Part shown: positions 36,716 through 44,415 of the stretch, piece after piece
Layout: the number at the start of each line of letters is the position of its first letter
Position numbering within the stretch: the first letter of the stretch is position 1
Assembly (NCBI RefSeq): GCF_006345805.1
Contig: NW_021824673.1
Coordinates: 1 to 44,415, forward strand
Reading direction: 5' to 3'
DNA: 44,415 bases
Source of the DNA: Octopus sinensis
Lineage: Eukaryota
Position numbers and translations under genes: made by a program
Notes under the pieces: generated by a model
Database searches by the model: none
Seen by the model: the letters and a program-made list of their open reading frames with translations, nothing else
Told to the model about the DNA's origin: nothing

Positions 36716-36850
36716 TGAAGGGAATATCACATTAACGATTGCATTATATGACATAATATTATTGTAAATAAGTGAGTGAAAAGTTTAGCCGGAAAAAAAT
36801 TCCAATAATAATAATTATAATAATAATATTAATAATAATAATAATAATAT
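36716..36850 (-). repeat. Inverted copy of the segment around 42190-42324
   Basis: Reverse complement reads ttggaatttttttccggctaaacttttcactcactt..gcaatcgttaatgtgatattcccttca. Confidence 0.85.
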
Positions 36851-36999
36851 CTTTCTCCCTCCCTCTATCTCTCTTTCTATCACTTTCTTTCCCCTCTCTC
36901 ATTTACACTCTTCCACTATTAACGCCCGTCTTTGACTGCTGACGCAATCTTTTCATATCGGATTCATATAATGAGAAATACAGACGCCAATCTATATTT

Positions 37000-37037
<38 letters not shown>

Positions 37038-37357
37038 GCATAATTGTGTGCTACTTCAATGAAAAAATGTATGGTAAATAAACAAATGACGCAATATATA
37101 TATATGCGCACATATATATATATATAGATATATATAAACATTCACTACCTCTTACGAACAGAGACTAACAACACTTTATTGGTAAGTTACGATTTTCATT
37201 ATATTATATCGGCCTTCTATTGGCCATTGTCCAGTCTCCTCAACGGCATTAAGGATGGGATAAAAAGGTTCTCCACCCTTAAGACTTCAAAAATTTGTGT
37301 CCCCAAATTACCTAAAATGTTTTTTTATGCTTTTATTTTTACTTCAGTAATTTTCAG

Positions 37358-37572
37358 TTAACCCATTAGCATTGGCACTGGCCACGTCGGGCCCAAATAT
37401 TCTTCCTGTTTTCTGTGGAAACTGAACACATTAGCCCTTTCACAACAACCATGCAAAGTTATTCTAAAAGTAAGCAATCACATAATCAAAATCTCAAAGC
37501 TAGAAGATAACGTATGATTAATTGTAAACGATGTGAATAATTAAGTAATTCATCTGAATGTTTAGGGAGTAT
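37358..37572. mobile_element. piggyBac-like MITE, copy
   Basis: Duplicate of 9425-9638; right end aatgtttagggagtat. Confidence 0.55.
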
Positions 37573-38144
37573 CCCCTTCTAGCTTGTATACTAATGAAAC
37601 AGCAATTCCATCTCAAATTACAAGTGGGGTCTTTTTTAAGAACACATTTCAGGTTCGAGGGAGTGGTTAAGAATGTTAGTAGTCCAAAAAATCGGGTCGG
37701 TATTTTTCTTAGTATTTGATTTTTAATTATTGTTTGAAGCCGAGAAGGGTCAAATGAGAGTAGAGACGGTTGAAAAGCAAAAATTTGAAGAAATTTGTGA
37801 TGTGTGTTGGAGAGATTTAGGAGGCTGAGAGGCAGTTTGAAAAATCGATTGATCATAATACTTGGAATAAATTTGGGATGCGTGTTATATATATTTATAT
37901 TTCTGTAGGTATCTATATATATATGCTGACTACTTAATGTTTTTAATACTGTGTATTAATGTAGGAGATTATATGTATATATATTGTGCGTATATGTGTG
38001 TTTGTTTGCATGTATGTATGTAAGAGCTTGTATGTATATATTATGTATTTGTAAATGCAACTTTGGATATTTCATATGTATTGCATATGCTCATATATAT
38101 ATATATATATATATAATATATATATATATCTGTATATATATATA

Positions 38145-38187
<43 letters not shown>

Positions 38188-38334
38188 ATATATATATATG
38201 TATACATAGACACACACACACATATTTGCTATTTGGAATGTGTTCACTTGTCGATTGTCAGGTTGACACTTGTTTTACATTACAGCTTTGATTATTTTGA
38301 ATTAGTGAAGTGCATGAATGTCGGGCAGTATTTA

Positions 38335-38950
38335 TGCTTACGATAAAAAATAACGTCAGAGAATTTAACAGTGAGGAGTTGTGGAGGCGAAGAATAGTTA
38401 ATGACCCTTTTATACCTAACATACATTTACCTATATTTGTGTTGTATAGGAGAGCTTCACATACTCTGGACCACGATAGAGCGTATTAGACATTGTTTTG
38501 AAATGAGGTTGTATATGTGTGTCGCTAAAGATTGAAATAGTTTAGATTCGGGATTAGTGAAAGAATACATATGAGCACGACAACGACATTGAAAATCCTC
38601 AGTGCCATTAATATACACCCTTGCCTGCTGGGTGCATGGGGTAATCATTGGCACATACCGTATATTTCAGAAGCGCGACAGTTGCAAGTGGTTGGGGTTT
38701 ACTATTAGTAATGTTGATGTTGGTTGGTTTGTTGTTAGTGGGGAGAATCTAAATTAGGATTTATATTAGTATCGGATTGAGAGGTTGTAATGGAACTAAT
38801 ATTTGTCGTCTCGTAGACAGGGTTGTAGAATGTTGGCTTAAGTTTAGTATTATACAATTGAGGTGGCTTATTAAGGTTTGTATTATTGTATTGTGAAGGT
38901 TCACTTGGGATTTTGGGGAAAATTTTGATTTTATCCACACATAAAGCCTA
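38335..38950 (-). mobile_element. Penelope-like GIY-YIG remnant, copy III
   Basis: Includes ORF 38457-38654 (ARVYINGTEDFQCRCRAHMYSFTNPESKLFQSLATHIYNL). Confidence 0.62.
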
Positions 38951-39179
38951 CCGGTGTTTTATAAAGACTTATGGAACCACGTGACCGCTGCTAGCTTTGT
39001 TGTTGTTGATGTGTATGTATTTTCAAAATGTTTTATTCTTCAACTTTGAGATGTATTGTTGATTTTTTTTATTTTATCTTACTATAATCAGCAACAAACA
39101 GCTTCCGTCAATATTAAATTCTTTATTGGATAAAAAAAAGACATTATCAAAACTTGAAGTTAAAACAAAACAAATGTGC

Positions 39180-39395
39180 TTTGTTTTCTTCCAGGCACCA
39201 ATGTCCTGTAGCAATAGTCTTTCATCGACCGACCCTTCCTCCAAAAAAATCAGTGGAATCATTCGATCTCCATACACAAATTATTTTCCTCCTGGAACTA
39301 TAAAAAAAGTTACACACATTAGGCGCACCTTTCTCTAAGCGTCACACTATATTTCCCAGGTAAAAAATAGCGGCTTATACACCGGAAAATACGGT
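39180..39395 (+). mobile_element. pogo/Tigger-like right-end fragment, copy III
   Basis: Duplicate of 1540-1757; ends gcggcttatacaccggaaaatacgg. Confidence 0.52.
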
Positions 39396-40245
39396 GTTTC
39401 TTTTTTTGTCATATTCATATCGACTTTTCCTCCATAAACGTTACACAAACACTTGACTGCGCATGCCTGAATATCTACATTAAAGCATTTTCTAAGCTAA
39501 ATTCTCTGCCTGATCTACAGGCTCATTAGGCCCCCAGTATATCTCGGTATCGAACGTATTTCAACACACAAGGATACAACACACCGGATACCAGTCTGTC
39601 GCAATGTTAACCCCTGGTTAATGCTGGTGCTTTTCAGATGAGAGCACTGGAAGTGTCTTTCTCGTGGACACAACTTACCGAAACAATAATCCATACGCCT
39701 ATATGTGTGTGTGCGCGCTTATGTACATATCCGTGCGTATGTGGGTGTATTTTTGTATGCATGTACACACACACACACACAATCTTTTATTCTTTTAATC
39801 TTTTGCTTATTTAAGGTGAATTTTAAAGTCGTTATGCCAATCACATAATCCCCTTCCGACATAGGCCAAAAGTAAAGCTACGAAAGTGGCTAAGTTTGGA
39901 AGAAAACGAAACACCACATGTGACTGGATGGGAAGTAATTGAGAATCCATAACTTATGTGAATGGATCGAATAAATATAAGCTTTATTTAGCTGAAAGAG
40001 TGCATATCCTGTTCAGATCTAAGATGCTTAATCCTCTATTGGACTCTAGGTCGGGCATTTTCAGTCGTGGTCAAGTATAAATATATTTTGAAGAACAGAA
40101 AAATTCCGTCTATTCTTGATTAAATTTTTGATATCTTTTTAGCCTTATAATTGAAGGTCTAACGAGGAGAACTTTTAAATGCTGTTTTTACTTTTCCCTT
40201 TTCCCATTTTCGTTTTTGTGCTTTCGCTGTCCGATTTCCGGAACA

Positions 40246-41333
40246 CTGGGCATGCTGTGGAAGACATGCACTGGGGCTGCGGCATCTCCAAACATCCTGC
40301 GTAAATGGTGAACAGGTGTGGTCATCGTTTGTCAAACAGGCTTTTCCACATCTCATCTCCTTGAGTAAGCTGCAGTCGTGGGTCAAGAAGAGACCGAGGA
40401 AGTGTTACTGGCATCTGGAATGTTGCTAGGCACTCACTGTCCTCTACCAGGTGGGCAATGCGATCAGTGGAAAATCCACTCTGAAGTTCTATGGAGGGTT
40501 AGTGGAGGGAAAGTGCGATGAAGCACTTGGAGAGACGCTAGGCGTTGACAAAATTGAACTAATCAGTCTGTTGAGGAGGACTTTCAAGACGGGGATAATG
40601 GATAACTTCTAGAAGTCCCTTGCTTTGCAGTGCTATCGGGGGGCACTGCCGGATCGAGATAAACTCTACAAGCACGGAATTGCTGTCTGATCGACCTACC
40701 CGAGGTATGCGCAGAGCGATGAAAGCGTTCTGCACGCACTCGTCCAGTGTCCTTGCATTACTGACTTGTGGAGTTATGTTGAAAAGCTGTTATTAAGTGT
40801 AGGGAGTTTCTATCTATCGGCCGAGTCCGTAGTGAAGATCGATCAGCCGATTTCCATCAGTCCGGAAGGTCAGGCAATTTACTTCTGTCTAATAGCAAGT
40901 AGCGAAAGTGGCTGTATTGCGGACCAGGTTAAACGGACTAAAGGCAGAGAATTTACTCTACGGCCAATCACGGGTCAACTTTTTCAAATTTCCTTTGGAA
41001 AGGAAGATGAGGGTGCAGAGTGAAGTGCTGCCTCCCAGTACATTTGCCAAAAGGTGGATGAACAGAGAAAATGGTACGTGTGAGTGGACCTACTCTAGTA
41101 AAGTAACTGTGGGCTAGTGAATTTGAAAGGGAGGAGAGTGCCCTTCCCAGATGCTCTCGAAGCGTCGAGTGGTTCAGGATTGGGGTGTGGGTACCTGAGC
41201 CAACTCCAGGGGATTACCTGCACCTATTACAACATTTCATTGTTATATTCTTTTGTCAGATATCATTGTTAATCTTTTAACTGTGTACTCGTTGTCTCTG
41301 CGTGAAATCCCCACTGTCCATACTGTATCCTGT
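40246..41333 (+). mobile_element. Tx1/L1-clade LINE lineage A, copy III
   Basis: Duplicate of 2611-3700 (ORFs 40766 and 40908). Confidence 0.85.
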
Positions 41334-41562
41334 TTCTTTACTACCCACAAGGGGCTAAACACAGAGAGGACAAAAAAAGACAGACAAACGGATTAAGTCG
41401 ATTATATCGACCACCGTGCGTAACTGGTACTTCTTTAATCGACCCCGAAAGGATGGAAGGCAAAGTCGACCTCGGGGGAATTTGAACTCAGGAGGTAACG
41501 GCAGAAGAATTACCGCTAAGCATTTCGCTCGACGTACTGAAGATTCTGCCAGCTCTCACCGC
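41333..41562 (-). mobile_element. tRNA-derived SINE (family 1), copy III
   Basis: Duplicate of 3700-3932; B box gagttcaaattcc. Confidence 0.8.
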
Positions 41563-41603
41563 ATTTTCGACTGTATCTTCTCCCATATGCCGGCCCTATT
41601 GGC

Positions 41604-41648
41604 AAATAATAATAATAATAATAATAATAATATAATAATAATTAATAA

Positions 41649-41679
<31 letters not shown>

Positions 41680-41798
41680 AATAATGATGATAATGATAAT
41701 AATACAAATATTAATAATAATAGTAATAATAATAATAATTATCATATTATAATAATAATAAAATAATAATAATAATATTAATAATAATAATGATAATG

Positions 41799-41830
<32 letters not shown>

Positions 41831-41831
41831 A

Positions 41832-41871
<40 letters not shown>

Positions 41872-41969
41872 GTCTATTATTATCATTATCATTATTATTT
41901 TAAATATTATTATTATTATATTATTATTATTATTATTATTAATAGTATTATTATTATATATATTATTAC

Positions 41970-42002
<33 letters not shown>

Positions 42003-42117
42003 CATTATTATTTTAAATATTATTATTATTAGTATTATTATTATTATCATTATTATTATTAATATTATTATTATTATGATTATTATTATTATTTTATTAT
42101 TATTATATTATATATTA

Positions 42118-42160
<43 letters not shown>

Positions 42161-42236
42161 TTATTATTAATAGTATTATTATCATATTATTATTACTATT
42201 ATTATTATTATTATTATTATATTATATTATTATATT
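41604..42236. repeat. Long (AAT)n then (ATT)n tract
   Basis: About 225 bp of AAT, switching at about 41832 to about 400 bp of ATT. Confidence 0.95.
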
Positions 42237-42595
42237 GGAATTTTTTTCCGGCTAAACTTTTCACTCACTTCTTTACAATAAAATTATGTCATTTAAAGCA
42301 ATCGTTAATGTGATATCCCCTTCAGTTTCAAATTAAAGAAAAGCTTAGGCAAGGTTGTGTATCTAATTGCATCACACACACAGACACACACACTCACACT
42401 CACAATCGTACACATCAACTCTCCTCCTCTTCTTTCCCCTCTCTCTCTTCTATCACTCCCTCTCCCCACTCTCTCATTTAACTCTACCACTTCCACCGCC
42501 AATCATCATAAACTGCTGACTGAAACTTTTCAAACCGAAATAATATAATTGGAAATACAGATGCCATATATATATATATATATATATAAAAACAC

Positions 42596-42733
42596 TTTTA
42601 ACTCTTTCACTTGTTTCAGTCATTTGACTGCGGCCATGCTGGAGCACCGCCTTTAGTCGAGCAAATCAACCCTGGGACTTATTATTTGTAAGCCCAGTAC
42701 TTATTCTATCGGTCCATTTTGCCGAACCGCTAA
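42596..42733 (-). mobile_element. SINE family 2, 3' fragment inside a (TA)n tract
   Basis: Present between TA runs in copy III and absent at the paralogous tracts 5049-5080 and 30270-30355. Confidence 0.8.
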
Positions 42734-42770
<37 letters not shown>

Positions 42771-42800
42771 ATATATATATATATATATACATACATATAT

Positions 42801-42849
<49 letters not shown>

Positions 42850-42866
42850 TATATGTATATATGTGT

Positions 42867-43948
42867 GTCTTAGGATGTGGAATGTTCGTATCAGCTAACA
42901 CGACTGTGTCATCATAATACTGTCCACGAAGCGTTGATAGGGGCAAAGCTTATCCAAGAGAAGTCGGTGGGCCTGCAAATCGGCAGACGGAGAGGCAGAC
43001 CCGTACCAACCGACAGTTTGTAGGGCGCTAGACGGAAAGACAGGTTAAACTGCTTGGGGTCTGGTCTGCTGTAGACCTCGAGGTGGACAACCACGGGTGG
43101 GAGGTGACGAACAGGATAGTCGATCTCACCCAAAAATTGGCAGAGAGGAAGCTGTTCGTGAATGGTCGAGTCGAGGTGGCGAATGCGTACATCGCTTCCG
43201 TCATCTATGACTGCCTGAATGTAGTCCCATGCCCGATAAAGTTAGAGCGTTTGTTATTCCGCTTTCTAAAGAAGGGACGTGTTCCGCTCATCAGACGGTC
43301 CATCTTCTGTCAACAACCTCTCAGTGGAGTACTGGACATGCCGTTGCTAATGATTCGCAGACATGCGCTGAGACTGCGACAGCTCCTTCGTTTCTTTAGC
43401 GGTGAGAATAGGGGATTGACTGTTTGTCAAACGGGACATTCTGCTGCTCGTCTCACTGAAGAAGCTACTGTACTGAGTCAAGCGTTGGCCAAGAAAGGGC
43501 GCTTGGCACCTGGAGTGTCGGCAAGCTCTCACAGCTTTCTGCCTGTCGGGCAACGTGGGCGTTGATAGTTCCACCTTGGATTTCTATAGGGGATTAGTAG
43601 AGGGGAAAGTACAACGACGAAATCGGGGTAAATTCTGGGCGTTGGTGGATGGAATCAACTAACTGGTCCTTAACTTCCAGAAATCCTTGGCCTGGCAGTG
43701 CTACCGGGGAGCTCTGCCGATTCAAGACAAGCTCTACAGATACGAAAGTGTTGTCGGACGGATATGTCGGGGGTGTGCGCAGGGCGATGAAATAGTCCTG
43801 CATGCACTCGTCCATCCAGTTTACGAGCCGAGTTCATTGTAAAGATCGCCCCGCCACCTTCTTTAGGCCGGGAATGAAAAGCAGTTTCTTCTGCCCGGTG
43901 GCTAAACAAGTAGTGTGGTGGACCAGACTGAAAACATTAAAGATTAAA
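42867..43948 (+). mobile_element. LINE lineage B, longer decayed ORF2 fragment
   Basis: ORF 43083-43565 (KLERLLFRFLKKGRVPLIRRSIFCQQPLSGVLDMP..RRHALRLRQL), then AWQCYRGALPIQDKLYRY..CRGCAQGDEIVLHAL (zinc-knuckle remnant). Confidence 0.85.
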
Positions 43949-44004
43949 CCTCCTTCACAATGAAATTATGTCATTTGATATTATCATTTAATATTATCAT
44001 TAAA

Positions 44005-44230
44005 CACAAACTGACACAAACTGACACACAAACACACACATAGAAATATATATATATGCATATATACAACGGGCTTCTTGCAGTTTCCGTCTACTAAATC
44101 CACTCACAAGGCTTTAGTCGGCCCGAGGCTATAGTAGAAGCCGCTCGCCCAAAGTGCCACGCAGTGGGATTGAACCCGGAACAATGTGGTTGGTAAGAAA
44201 GCTACTTACCACACAGCTACTCCCGCGCCT
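44005..44230 (-). mobile_element. SINE family 2, 5' half
   Basis: Matches 34750-34963. Confidence 0.82.
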
Positions 44231-44304
44231 ATTGAAGTTTGGAATATAATTGTGTCCATTATTATAATCGTTATATATCTCAGTGCATAACACACACACA
44301 GGCA

Positions 44305-44339
<35 letters not shown>

Positions 44340-44415
44340 CACACACACACACATACACACACACACACCAGGACGTATACACTTGAAGACCCTTCACACC
44401 ACAAAATCCTCGCCT

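Larger units (their letters stand above)
25577..37648 (+). repeat. Tandem segmental duplication, complete ~12.07 kb unit (copy II)
   Basis: Anchor to anchor 25577 to 37649; all modules are present in order. Confidence 0.9.
37649..44415 (+). repeat. Tandem segmental duplication, unit copy III (partial, structurally distinct)
   Basis: Colinear with 1-5435. It lacks the insert in the (AAT)n tract and keeps a longer LINE at 42867-43948. Confidence 0.88.

Noticed and set aside
1-44415. CRISPR array, rRNA, snRNA or histone genes as the driver of the tandem array
   Set aside because: No regular repeat-spacer pattern and no recognisable 5S, U-snRNA or histone sequence was seen by eye; a covariance-model scan was not possible.

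Overview
Eukaryotic, AT-rich, microsatellite-dense DNA. The SINE and MITE sequences resemble repeats I recall from octopus genomes (recognition, not a database hit). No host protein-coding gene, rRNA, true tRNA or CRISPR array is supported, and most supplied ORFs are translations of simple repeats. The window is a tandem segmental-duplication array with a period of about 12 kb. One anchor recurs at 1, 9713, 25577 and 37649; a second at 6561, 19826 and 31834. The units are built from transposon fragments: three Tx1/L1-clade LINE lineages, two Penelope-like elements, tRNA-derived SINEs, a hAT derivative with nested inserts, MITEs and a pogo-like end. Private insertions and deletions let the units be ordered. 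The most notable feature not explained by the ORF track is a complete type I hammerhead ribozyme with a GUC cleavage site, present at 24088-24168 and again at 36129-36211. A weaker hammerhead-like motif lies at 17335-17380. Many 1-bp indels between copies suggest an imperfectly polished assembly, so frameshift-level conclusions are provisional.
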